A stretch of DNA of 64,000 bases, from IMG/VR virus record IMGVR_UViG_3300048853_000062, positions 4,853 through 68,852 of that record. One strand, 5' to 3'. The translations under genes and the position numbers were made by a program. Of this stretch, positions 1 to 7,952 are shown in pieces (the first letter of the stretch is position 1; every line of letters begins with the position of its first letter). The DNA comes from a virus (taxonomy: Duplodnaviria > Caudoviricetes). The notes beneath the pieces were generated by a model that saw only the letters and a program-made list of their open reading frames with translations, was not told where the DNA came from and made no database searches.

Positions 1-11
1 TTCCCGCACCT

Positions 12-599
12 ATGAACTTGCCGTCCGCAATCGAACCTCCTGCGCGGACGGCTGAAGACGGGCCGCCAGATATCGATACCTATGCGTCGTTTGGGGGCGA
101 CGGGGTGTCCTTCTGGGACGACGGGCCTCAGGAGGCGGATGCAGACTCGGACGACACGGCGCTCCGCTCGATGCCCGAGGACGATGCGTATCGGGCGATA
201 GATACGCCCTCGGTACTGCGAGACATTCTCGACACGGTTCGCGACGAGCCGGATCCTCCTACCACCGTGGTGAGGTCGAGACCCTTAGGGTCGGAGCAGT
301 ATCATGCCTTCCGGGCCTCAGACCAAGGCCCGTCCTCGCGGGTCTACCTTACTGCCCAAGCGTATGAGCAGTTTCGACAGCTGGATGTTCGGCCGTATCT
401 CGCGGTGACCAAAGCGTTGTCGGACATTGGAAGCGTCGCAGACCCGTCTTTCGTTGCCTCCGCGGAAGCAGGCGGGCGCGCCTATTCAAGGCACCAGATA
501 CCGGACTACGGTATCGACCTCGTCTATCGCAACATAGACAAGATCAGCCCCGACGAGCCGGACCGCTTCGTGATCATCGCCATCGAAATGACGAAGTAG
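12..599 (+). CDS. Hypothetical protein with acidic N-terminal half and possible RelE-like fold in the C-terminal ~90 aa (may be 5'-truncated by the window edge)
   Basis: 195-aa ORF; frame is open back to position 3; C-terminal pattern RVYLTAQA...LVYRNI...FVIIAI. Confidence 0.5.
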   Translation: MNLPSAIEPPARTAEDGPPDIDTYASFGGDGVSFWDDGPQEADADSDDTALRSMPEDDAYRAIDTPSVLRDILDTVRDEPDPPTTVVRSRPLGSEQYHAFRASDQGPSSRVYLTAQAYEQFRQLDVRPYLAVTKALSDIGSVADPSFVASAEAGGRAYSRHQIPDYGIDLVYRNIDKISPDEPDRFVIIAIEMTK

Positions 600-807
600 C
601 CGGGCTCACCGCGTCCGTCTTGAAGGCAAAGCTCAGCGACGAGGCGATGCCTACCATTGCGGGTTGCGCCATCCCTGGAAGGCGGTCCGCAATCAGCGGA
701 TCAAACAGCGAGGGCAGATACGGTGGTGGTCGGCCACCTGGCGCGGGTCGGGGCTGGGCATCGCCGACGCGATCGACGCGATGTTTCACTAGTCGGTCTG
801 CGCATCA

Positions 808-1059
808 GTGAGGTTGCAGGGTGGGATGATGTGCGGAGTGAGCAACGACGACTCGAACCTGGCGCAGGCGTACCGCCTCCTGACTACGTTGCAAGCGCAC
901 ATCATTCACCTCACGAAGTTGATCGAGGAGTTCGAGCGGCAACGTGCACCGCGGTCGGCGGCAGGCCGTCACGAACGCGATCTGCGACGAGAATCGTCTG
1001 AAGTTCACGGGCACATCAGCCGCATTCACGAACGGTTCCCCGAGACGCGCGAGAACTGA
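808..1059 (+). CDS. Small helical hypothetical protein (true start may be 826 or 838)
   Basis: 83-aa ORF with protein-like composition, convergent with the DUF2510 gene. Confidence 0.5.
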   Translation: MRLQGGMMCGVSNDDSNLAQAYRLLTTLQAHIIHLTKLIEEFERQRAPRSAAGRHERDLRRESSEVHGHISRIHERFPETREN

Positions 1060-1084
1060 CGGCCCAGCCTTGGTCGCTGCTACG

Positions 1085-1459
1085 TCAGCGACTGGGGACG
1101 GTCGGGAGTACCGGGACCGTTGGAAGTGGCGTGTAGGGCAACGTGGGCCCAACCGTCTGTGTGGCGGTCGGCGGCGGTGCCGACGTCGCCCGCTCGGACG
1201 GCGTCACCACCGTGGTGTTCGTGATGGTCGGTTCGGGTAGATCAGCGGGCCTGTCGGCGGCGTTCATCGCCAGCATCACCCCCCATGCACCTACGCCGAA
1301 GAGGATAGACGCTCCGGTGGCGACGAGGATCCAGAACGTGTTGCTCCGACGCTGTGGGGGCGCGAACGCGTGTGACTGCCAACGGGTTCCGTCCCAGTAG
1401 CGCCGCCGGTCGGGCGATTGCGGATCTGGGTACCAACCCGGTGCGCTCACCCCGTCCAC
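1085..1459 (-). CDS. DUF2510 domain membrane protein
   Basis: PGWYPDP...RRYWDGTRW motif, one TM helix, Pro/Thr-rich tail. Confidence 0.85.
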   Translation of the reverse strand: MDGVSAPGWYPDPQSPDRRRYWDGTRWQSHAFAPPQRRSNTFWILVATGASILFGVGAWGVMLAMNAADRPADLPEPTITNTTVVTPSERATSAPPPTATQTVGPTLPYTPLPTVPVLPTVPSR

Positions 1460-1463
1460 CTCA

Positions 1464-1718
1464 TCATCGAATCGTAGCGACGAGGCGGTGCCTCTCAGCG
1501 CGCGATGCGCGAATCCTTCGCAGTCGGTTCACCATCAACGGATCGACAGCGAGCGCTTGTTCCGTATCGAGTAGCTGATTGAGTCGCTGGTAGAACCGGA
1601 CGGGCGACATGCCGAGCCGGTCGCGGATGGCCTGCTCCTTGCCGCCGGCCGTGTCCCAACGTTGCGCCTCGAGGTCGAGAATGCGTCGGTCATGTTCGTT
1701 TAAGGTATCCAGAGCCAC
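1464..1718 (-). CDS. DUF3263 family protein
   Basis: KEQAIRDRLGMSPVRFYQRLNQLLD...DPLMVNRLRRIR signature. Confidence 0.8.
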   Translation of the reverse strand: MALDTLNEHDRRILDLEAQRWDTAGGKEQAIRDRLGMSPVRFYQRLNQLLDTEQALAVDPLMVNRLRRIRASRAERHRLVATIR

Positions 1719-2140
1719 TGATCCTCCAGGTGATGTTCGAGTTCGGCGACCTCGAGCGGGTCAAGCGTCGCCATGCGGACGTTCAGGGTCGGCCGGTCCA
1801 CCCAGAGGTGCTCGGCCAGGTCGTCGAGCTGGCGGGTCCACCGGAGTCCGTCGACCAGCGCCTCGGTGGTGATCAGCCGCCGCGCGGCGATCTCGTCGAC
1901 CTGACGCTCTTCCCGCGCCGCCGCCGCCGGGTCGTGAGGTACGGGCCCGCGCTCACGATGCACCAACTCGTGCGTGAGAGTGCATCGACGCTCCGCCTGA
2001 GTCAGCCCGCGGGCGAGCCAGATGCGCCGACCGAGCTGCAGCCCCATGACACGGTCAGGCAGCCGGTGCCGGCAGGTGACGTCGACCTCGACGTAGTGAT
2101 CGCGGAGCATCCGCCACGGATGCCAACGGGTGTCCCCCAT
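1700..2140 (-). CDS. ImmA/IrrE family metallopeptidase
   Basis: ERRCTLTHELVH (HExxH) and EERQVDEIAARRLI motifs. Confidence 0.85.
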   Translation of the reverse strand: MGDTRWHPWRMLRDHYVEVDVTCRHRLPDRVMGLQLGRRIWLARGLTQAERRCTLTHELVHRERGPVPHDPAAAAREERQVDEIAARRLITTEALVDGLRWTRQLDDLAEHLWVDRPTLNVRMATLDPLEVAELEHHLEDQWLWIP

Positions 2141-2201
2141 GACGACGGACGCTACGGAAGCGGACCGACAAGATCGGCCCTGACCTGCAACTACACCTTT
2201 G

Positions 2202-2747
2202 TTATTCGGTAGCTTCCGGTATCGATTGCTGATTGTCCGCCATTGGCGTGATCTCCACCTCGCCGCCCATCCAGGGATTGCGGATGAGGTCCATCGCTGC
2301 CGGAGGGTAGCCCATTCTCATGGATAGCGACTGCACGGTCTCTCGACCGTAGGGGTGACAAGTCATCAGGCCCTGGCCGATCGCGAAGCACTGCACATCC
2401 TCGACAGTCGGTTCAGCGCCCTCAAGCAGTTCCCAATCAGCGCAGATCTCGAGGTCAATTGCCCATAGTCGGTCTGGTTCTCCACCATCGGCGTCGTCGC
2501 TGTCATCCGACTTGACGTTGGCCGCCGACACTTCGTACTTCACCATCGTTCCGAGATAACGGTTTTCACGATCGAGCTGGAACGAGATGTGAATGTTGGT
2601 GAGGAGTTGGGTCGGTTCTTCTTCTACATACGGACGGAATCCTTCGCACTGCGCGCGCGCCACCCGTACGAGCCGCAACTCACCGATACAAGCCAAAACA
2701 CGTGACGCGGCCGCGAGACCGTCGGCTGACTTGATCGTCTCGGTCAT
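2202..2747 (-). CDS. SecB-like chaperone of a TAC system
   Basis: C-terminal HPYGRETVQSLSMRMGYPPAAMDL matches the SecB/Rv1957-type PY.RE....L..R...PP helix; third gene of the toxin-antitoxin operon. Confidence 0.8.
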   Translation of the reverse strand: MTETIKSADGLAAASRVLACIGELRLVRVARAQCEGFRPYVEEEPTQLLTNIHISFQLDRENRYLGTMVKYEVSAANVKSDDSDDADGGEPDRLWAIDLEICADWELLEGAEPTVEDVQCFAIGQGLMTCHPYGRETVQSLSMRMGYPPAAMDLIRNPWMGGEVEITPMADNQQSIPEATE

Positions 2748-3149
2748 CTATGCGGCGCCAACAAGAGGCTTTGACTCCGTCACTGCCTCGGCGATGTTCA
2801 TGCGCGCGGTGCTGTACGCACGTCGTTTTGCCACACGCAGGGGCTGCTGAATGCTGATGGTCCGAACGTCTTCCTCGATGGCGCTGCGAATTGGGCGCAA
2901 CGTGACGGCGGCTTCCTTGCCTAGAACGTGCAGCATCGCTGCGAGTGTCTTGATGGTCAGGTTCCGTTTACCGGAGAGGCGCTGTCCGACTTCATTCTTC
3001 GACACGTGCAGGAGGTCAGCCAGTTCTTGTTTTGTTTCGACGCCTGCTTCGTCCATCGCCTTGTAAACCAGTTCCGTGCAAGCCAGGATCAAACGCTCCT
3101 CCGAGAGCATTTGTTCGCTTTCTGGTGTGACATCAAACCAGTCACTCAT
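2748..3149 (-). CDS. higA: HigA-like HTH antitoxin with C-terminal extension (putative ChAD)
   Basis: XRE HTH (TKQELADLLHVSKNEVGQRLSGKRNLTIKTLA) plus ~45-aa tail; 4-bp overlap with the toxin. Confidence 0.8.
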   Translation of the reverse strand: MSDWFDVTPESEQMLSEERLILACTELVYKAMDEAGVETKQELADLLHVSKNEVGQRLSGKRNLTIKTLAAMLHVLGKEAAVTLRPIRSAIEEDVRTISIQQPLRVAKRRAYSTARMNIAEAVTESKPLVGAA

Positions 3150-3559
3150 GGCCGGTCCCTTCCTTCTGATGTCTCTCGACCCTTGCGGTATGCGTCGCGC
3201 GCTCGCTTAGCGTGCTTCTTCAGTGTCGACTCTTTCGGCTTCTTGGCTCCATGTGTTGCAACGAACAAGTTGTCCTCGACGATTCCGAACAATCGGTAGC
3301 CTGGGCCGTCCGGAATCTTCATCTCATGGACGGGTGGTTTGTCCTCATCACACTGAAGCTTGCGCATCTGATCCGGGTTGCGGAGGTATCCCACGGCGCA
3401 GTAGTGCTCAAACCTTGACTTGAACTGGGCTTTCGCGCGCGCCGGCAGCGCAGCCAAGAACTGCTCAACCTCACACACTCCGTCCGTAGTCACCGCGACG
3501 ACCATCTTTCGGTGGCTTGGCCCTCCTTCGATGGGCTTCCGTCCGTCCGGTGAAGTCAT
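3146..3559 (-). CDS. higB: HigB/RelE (Gp49/DUF891-like) toxin
   Basis: EVEQFLAAL...HEMKI...YRLFG...VATHGAKKP pattern; toxin-first order upstream of an HTH gene. Confidence 0.8.
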   Translation of the reverse strand: MTSPDGRKPIEGGPSHRKMVVAVTTDGVCEVEQFLAALPARAKAQFKSRFEHYCAVGYLRNPDQMRKLQCDEDKPPVHEMKIPDGPGYRLFGIVEDNLFVATHGAKKPKESTLKKHAKRARDAYRKGRETSEGRDRP

Positions 3560-3574
3560 AACTTCACCACACCC

Positions 3575-3603
3575 ACGATAGCGAGTCCAATCGGTATTGT
3601 CAG
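3575..3603 (-). promoter_or_regulatory. Putative SigA promoter for the TAC operon
   Basis: Minus strand CTGACA (3603-3598), 17-nt spacer, TATCGT (3580-3575), 15 nt upstream of the higB ATG. Confidence 0.6.
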
Positions 3604-3677
3604 GGGTAACGTGACATCCGCCTCACCAGCGGTTTCAATGCTCGATACCCGTTCCAGGCGCGCTTGAACCCGGTATG

Positions 3678-4655
3678 TCACGCGTCGCTCTCCGACGCCC
3701 CGCCCTCGTCCTGGTTCTCTTCTCCGCCGGGATCACCCTGCTCAGCCTGCCCCAGGATGTAGCCCGGGGGAGCGGTGCGGGCCGCTGCGGCGAGGCCCCG
3801 GTCAGGCGGAGCGCCGTTCGGTGTCGGTACCGGGCCCCTAGCATCGCTGTGCTCGATCGGCCTCGCCAGGTGGTGCACACGCTCGTTCGAGGGGTCACCG
3901 CGGTGAGGCTGGGCAACGTACCTTGGCACCTCAGAGGGGAAGTCGGCGGGATTTGGTGCGACGCCTTCAACGGGCAATGGGTTGGGCTTGGCGTACTCCG
4001 GGAGCTGCTCGCTCTCATTTGAATAGCCATCCGCCACCCATCGCTGTTCCAGTCGCAGCTGCAACTCGTTGACGAATGAGCTCACTTCAAGCTGTTCTGC
4101 CCGCGGCAGCCAGTCGATCCGGACATGCAACGTACGGAGTTCGTCGTCCTCAATGAACCGAGTCAAGACCGCAGTCTCGTCCTCAGTGAGCTGACTGCCA
4201 GCCGTTCCGAAGCTGTGAAACAGCTTGTTCCTCAGGTTGGTGAGCGTTTTACGGTCGGCGCTTGATAGAGGCAGCGAGACGCGGGGGGCGCCGGGGTTCT
4301 CACCGAGCGCTTTCATGATCTCGCTCAGCACAGGTGCGTTGGGTGCATTCCTTGGGAGCACCGGCATGCGGGTCATTTGTTCTTGCAGCCAAGGCGGTAC
4401 GCCGTCACCCTCGGGAATCACACCGGGTTCGCCCCCTCTCAGGATTGAGGCAATGCTTCCTGGCTGCCATAGGAGAGCGCGCTCGAGCGGCTGGCTTGTG
4501 CTCGTACGGAAGTCGGTGTGTTTGCCGTTCTCGATCAGGCGGAGCGTTGCCGTCGAAGGTCCCCCGGACGCTTGTATGTCGGCTTGCGTCAGCTTCAACG
4601 CCTTCCTGCGTGCGCGAACCAGACGGCCCAAGCGGGCTGCTGCATCTTCTGCCAT
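3678..4655 (-). CDS. Immunity repressor (XRE HTH with long C-terminal region)
   Basis: N-terminal LGRLVRARRKALKLTQADI...STATLRLIENGK HTH; divergent from the cro-like gene; ATG at 4655 preferred over the track start 4754. Confidence 0.85.
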   Translation of the reverse strand: MAEDAAARLGRLVRARRKALKLTQADIQASGGPSTATLRLIENGKHTDFRTSTSQPLERALLWQPGSIASILRGGEPGVIPEGDGVPPWLQEQMTRMPVLPRNAPNAPVLSEIMKALGENPGAPRVSLPLSSADRKTLTNLRNKLFHSFGTAGSQLTEDETAVLTRFIEDDELRTLHVRIDWLPRAEQLEVSSFVNELQLRLEQRWVADGYSNESEQLPEYAKPNPLPVEGVAPNPADFPSEVPRYVAQPHRGDPSNERVHHLARPIEHSDARGPVPTPNGAPPDRGLAAAARTAPPGYILGQAEQGDPGGEENQDEGGASESDA

Positions 4656-4842
4656 ATGGCAGACGCTCCCATCGCTAATCGGGACAAGTCCAGTCAAGTT
4701 TCGACAAGTTGTGTCAACTCTTGACCAGTCTAAGCGCCAGCTCAGCGCTATCACCGATAGTTACATGCTTGTCGTTCTGCAGTTCAGCGCCGAAGCAATC
4801 GCTGTTTCCCTTGCGATCTAGCGATAGTTGTCTATAGTTGTC
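4648..4842. promoter_or_regulatory. Lysis/lysogeny switch region with candidate operators
   Basis: 16-bp palindrome TCTGCCATATGGCAGA (4648-4663); five G[AT]C[AC]A[GC]T 7-mers at 10-bp period (4683-4729); two inverted copies at 4826 and 4836. Confidence 0.65.
4811..4838 (+). promoter_or_regulatory. Early lytic promoter (likely leaderless cro mRNA)
   Basis: TTGCGA (4811-4816), 16-nt spacer, TATAGT (4833-4838); ATG at 4846. Confidence 0.6.
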
Positions 4843-4845
4843 GTC

Positions 4846-5136
4846 ATGCCAGCGATTGAACCGCTAGGACCGATGATTCGGATGAAAGATGTGCGCCTGC
4901 TGCTCGGTCTAAGCCAGGTGCAGGTCACAGAGCGAATGAGCGAGCACGGCGTTGAGATGAGCGGCGCCGGCCTCTCCAACATCGAGAACGGCAACAAGAA
5001 GGCCAGCGATCGCGTCCTCATCGCTTGGGCGAAAGCGCTCGGCATCGACCCGTTGAATGTTTGGCACGGCCCATTGCGACCCCAGGTGCAGCCGCCCCAT
5101 ACGCCGCGCCGCGGACGCCAGCAGGTGCCGGCATGA
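4846..5136 (+). CDS. Cro-like XRE HTH protein
   Basis: RLLLGLSQVQVTERM...SGAGLSNIENGNKKAS HTH; divergent from the repressor. Confidence 0.85.
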   Translation: MPAIEPLGPMIRMKDVRLLLGLSQVQVTERMSEHGVEMSGAGLSNIENGNKKASDRVLIAWAKALGIDPLNVWHGPLRPQVQPPHTPRRGRQQVPA

Positions 5137-5993
5137 ATGGCATCCCAGACCCCGGCCAAGCGTCCGGATACTTCGGCGCCCTTGAGCGGACCGCGCGTCC
5201 AGAGGGGCCGATGGAGTTCGCGTTCGACGAGCACATCGTGCGCGCGCTACTCATCGCGGACGATCCGTGGTTCGTACTGGCCGATGTCTGCCGCGCTCTC
5301 GACATTCGCAATGTCGGGAACGTGACTGCCCGCCTCGCTGACTCGGGGGCTGGTATCCGCCAGGCGGACATCAGGTCCGGCGGCCAGATGCGGGCGGTCA
5401 CGATTACCGACGAGTCCGGTTTGTACGAGATCGTGATCCGGTCGGACAAGCCGGAAGCGCGGAAGTTCCGCCGGTGGGTGACTTCGGATGTTCTGCCTTC
5501 GATCCGAAGGACTGGCTCGTACTCTCACTACCCGGCCCACCCAGCCACTGCATTGCCATCGAAGAAGGAGCTGGCGCAGTGGGTCGTCGAGGCGGAGGAA
5601 CGCGCTGACGCTGCCGAGTCCCGCGCCGCCGAACTCGAGCCCTCCGCGGTCGCGTGGGACCGCCTCTACGAGATCGGCGCCGACTATGAGGTGGCTGACG
5701 CGGCGAAGATTCTTTCCCGCGACCCGAACATCGAAATTGGCCGCAACCGCCTCTTCGAGTTCATGCACGACCAGGACTGGATCTTCCGCGGCCGGCACAA
5801 CTGCTGGAAGGCATACCAGGACCAGGTCGACTGCGGCCGGCTAAAGCACCGGCCGGGCGGCGAGTACTTCCACAAGCCATCCGGCGAGTACCGGACAGGC
5901 GATCCCACGATCCTCATTACGCCGAAGGGTCTGGCTGAACTGCGCCGACTGCTCGGTGGTCACGCCGAACTCTCCCTGGTGGTGTCGTCATGA
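5133..5993 (+). CDS. Phage antirepressor (BRO-N plus ANT/KilAC)
   Basis: PWFVLADVCRAL...ESGLYEIVIRSDKPEARKFRRWVTSDVLPSIRRTGSY, and C-terminal IGRNRLFEFM...LITPKG. Confidence 0.9.
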   Translation: MNGIPDPGQASGYFGALERTARPEGPMEFAFDEHIVRALLIADDPWFVLADVCRALDIRNVGNVTARLADSGAGIRQADIRSGGQMRAVTITDESGLYEIVIRSDKPEARKFRRWVTSDVLPSIRRTGSYSHYPAHPATALPSKKELAQWVVEAEERADAAESRAAELEPSAVAWDRLYEIGADYEVADAAKILSRDPNIEIGRNRLFEFMHDQDWIFRGRHNCWKAYQDQVDCGRLKHRPGGEYFHKPSGEYRTGDPTILITPKGLAELRRLLGGHAELSLVVSS

Positions 5994-6283
5994 CGTCACC
6001 ACGAACGTTCTCGGTTGAAGAGTACGCCGCGGCACTGCTGGGCCCCGGCCCCGACGGCACGGCAGCATCTGTCGAGCCCTTCAAGATCCAGTGGCTGACG
6101 AAACGGCTTCGTGGCCAGGCTCAACCAGCGCTTCCGGGCTACAAGGCCGGGCGTCGTTGGCGGGCAACGCAAGCCGACCTCGACGAGGCGATTGACCGCC
6201 TACATCCGAAGCAGGTCGAGATCCCCAACGTGCCGCAGATCGGCGGCATGACCCGTACTTCCCGCCGGAGGTTGTCGGCATGA
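5990..6283 (+). CDS. Winged-helix DNA-binding protein, candidate excisionase
   Basis: LPGYKAGRRWRATQADLDEAI wing motif; position after the antirepressor. Confidence 0.6.
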   Translation: MTSPRTFSVEEYAAALLGPGPDGTAASVEPFKIQWLTKRLRGQAQPALPGYKAGRRWRATQADLDEAIDRLHPKQVEIPNVPQIGGMTRTSRRRLSA

Positions 6284-6435
6284 GCGACGTGATCGTGTTC
6301 CTCGCCCTCATTGCAGTGGCGTTGGTGATCGGTGTGCGACTCGGGTTCCGCGCCGCACGCGCTGAGCAGCGTATGCAGTCCGGTGTCCGTGACGAGCTGG
6401 TGTGCATCGAGGCGGACCGTGGTGAGTTTCGTTGA
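6280..6435 (+). CDS. Small membrane protein (51 aa, not in the ORF track)
   Basis: MSDVIVFLALIAVALVIGVRLG...; ATGA and TTGA overlaps with both neighbours. Confidence 0.65.
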   Translation: MSDVIVFLALIAVALVIGVRLGFRAARAEQRMQSGVRDELVCIEADRGEFR

Positions 6436-7076
6436 GTGCACACGACGTAGCCATCCGGATCGCCCGCGTGGCCCTGGCGAGGGTTGGAGCGACGTGGGAC
6501 GCACTTATTCCCCGCCGAGACGTGGCCCGCGACCCGTTCGACGATCCCGAGACGTGGCGTGCATTTCAGACACCCGCAGCCAGCGCGACTGCGGGCTACC
6601 GCCCGGCGGAGGTGAGCGCGCGCACCGAGTCCGCGGCGCCCTCCGCCGGGCACCTAACTTCCGCGGGACCCCCCGCCGCGGAGGACGACCCGGCGGGTCC
6701 TTCCCCCCTGCCCGCCGGGTCACCCAACTTCGTCGGTCTGTTGCACGTCGACGACCTCGTCGCCGTCGCGGCCGAGCACATCGGTGCCCATGGCCGACAT
6801 GAGCACTACAGCGATGACGGCGAAAAGCTCTGGCGCTGCGACCGATTGTGCGGTCTGGAGAACCTGACCGCTGGTGAGCATGCGCGTCACGTCGCCGAGC
6901 TGTCGGCTCTCGCGATCGTCTACGAACTGACGACCGCGGCGACGTCGAGAGCGGTGTCGGAATGCGCCGCCGCCAACGAGCGGGTCGCCGAGCGACTGAC
7001 GGACGCCGGGTTCAACCACCGGCTCAGCAGCAACGCCGCTGTGGCGGCCCAGTTCTTCCCGCAGCACACCAAGTAA
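6432..7076 (+). CDS. Hypothetical phage protein
   Basis: 214-aa ORF in a tightly overlapping early operon. Confidence 0.65.
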   Translation: MSAHDVAIRIARVALARVGATWDALIPRRDVARDPFDDPETWRAFQTPAASATAGYRPAEVSARTESAAPSAGHLTSAGPPAAEDDPAGPSPLPAGSPNFVGLLHVDDLVAVAAEHIGAHGRHEHYSDDGEKLWRCDRLCGLENLTAGEHARHVAELSALAIVYELTTAATSRAVSECAAANERVAERLTDAGFNHRLSSNAAVAAQFFPQHTK

Positions 7077-7141
7077 GCGGGCCGCCGCCCATGCCCGGGC
7101 GACGGCCTCACCCACAACAGGAACAGCAAGGAGCACCTGAC

Positions 7142-7342
7142 GTGAGCAGTACCAGTGTAAGTAGGAGCGGCAACGGACTCGGGATCGGCACGATTCTATT
7201 TCTGATCTTCCTCGTGCTGAAGCTGACCCATTACATCGACTGGTCGTGGTGGTGGGTCTTCGCGCCGATCTGGCTGCCGCTGGCAATCGTTCTGGTGTTG
7301 GCCGGCCTGGCCGCTCTTCTCGGTGGGGCGGCACGGCGATGA
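7142..7342 (+). CDS. Small phage membrane protein (WSWWWVFAPIW type)
   Basis: GTG start after a GGAG-like RBS; two hydrophobic segments. Confidence 0.75.
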   Translation: MSSTSVSRSGNGLGIGTILFLIFLVLKLTHYIDWSWWWVFAPIWLPLAIVLVLAGLAALLGGAARR

Positions 7343-7446
7343 GGCCTCACGTGCTTCGCGCCCGACTCGCCCTGATGGCGCTCGGCGCGGTCATTGCCGG
7401 AGCGGTGATGGGCGCCGACATCGCGAATTGGTCGGTGACGTTCTGA
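7339..7446 (+). CDS. Small membrane protein (35 aa)
   Basis: ATGA overlaps; hydrophobic helix. Confidence 0.55.
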   Translation: MRPHVLRARLALMALGAVIAGAVMGADIANWSVTF

Positions 7447-7952
7447 TGAGCGCACCACGACATGGGGACCACCGCGGGGTCGGCCAGCGGTATTGGCCGA
7501 CCGAGAAAGCCGATGCAGTGTTCGGTGTCGGACCGGCATCGGTCACGTCGTTCGAACTTGGACTTCTCGACGGCACCACCGAGTTCATGCGACTCGCGAA
7601 GCAGCCGATGGATGCGACGTTCAGCGACACACCCGAGGGGCAGCAGGAAGCCCGTAAGCTCGGTGCGCTCCGCATGGACCTTCTCGCCGAGGAGTACTCC
7701 GAGTATGTCAATGCCGAACGGCGCGACGACCTGGTCGAGGTCGTCGACGGACTCCTAGACGTCATCGTCATCGCATGGGGAACCCTCATCACGTACCTCG
7801 GTGAGGACAGGGCGAAGGCCGCCGCGGCCGAGGTCGTCCGGTCCAACCTCGAGAAAGTCATCGGCGAGGGACTGCCGATCTTCCGGGCCGACGGCAAGGT
7901 GCTCAAACCCGAGGGATGGACCCCACCTGACATTGCGGGAGCCATCGCATGA
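7446..7952 (+). CDS. MazG-like / PRA-PH nucleotide pyrophosphohydrolase
   Basis: LLAEEYSEY...VVDGLLDVIVIAWG...VVRSNLEK...DGKVLKPEGW motifs. Confidence 0.85.
   Translation: MSAPRHGDHRGVGQRYWPTEKADAVFGVGPASVTSFELGLLDGTTEFMRLAKQPMDATFSDTPEGQQEARKLGALRMDLLAEEYSEYVNAERRDDLVEVVDGLLDVIVIAWGTLITYLGEDRAKAAAAEVVRSNLEKVIGEGLPIFRADGKVLKPEGWTPPDIAGAIA

Noticed and set aside
657-1001. ORF containing GLRISEVAGWDDV, resembling tyrosine-integrase box I
   Set aside because: Spacing to the RD motif and WDDV is wrong, there is no HxxR box or catalytic Tyr region, and it overlaps a better ORF in another frame. Probably chance; a tiny remnant cannot be excluded.
4683-4729. CRISPR-like or minisatellite array (also 15750-15824 and 55414-55448)
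   Set aside because: Units are 5-13 bp with no spacers of CRISPR length and no cas genes; better explained as protein-binding sites.
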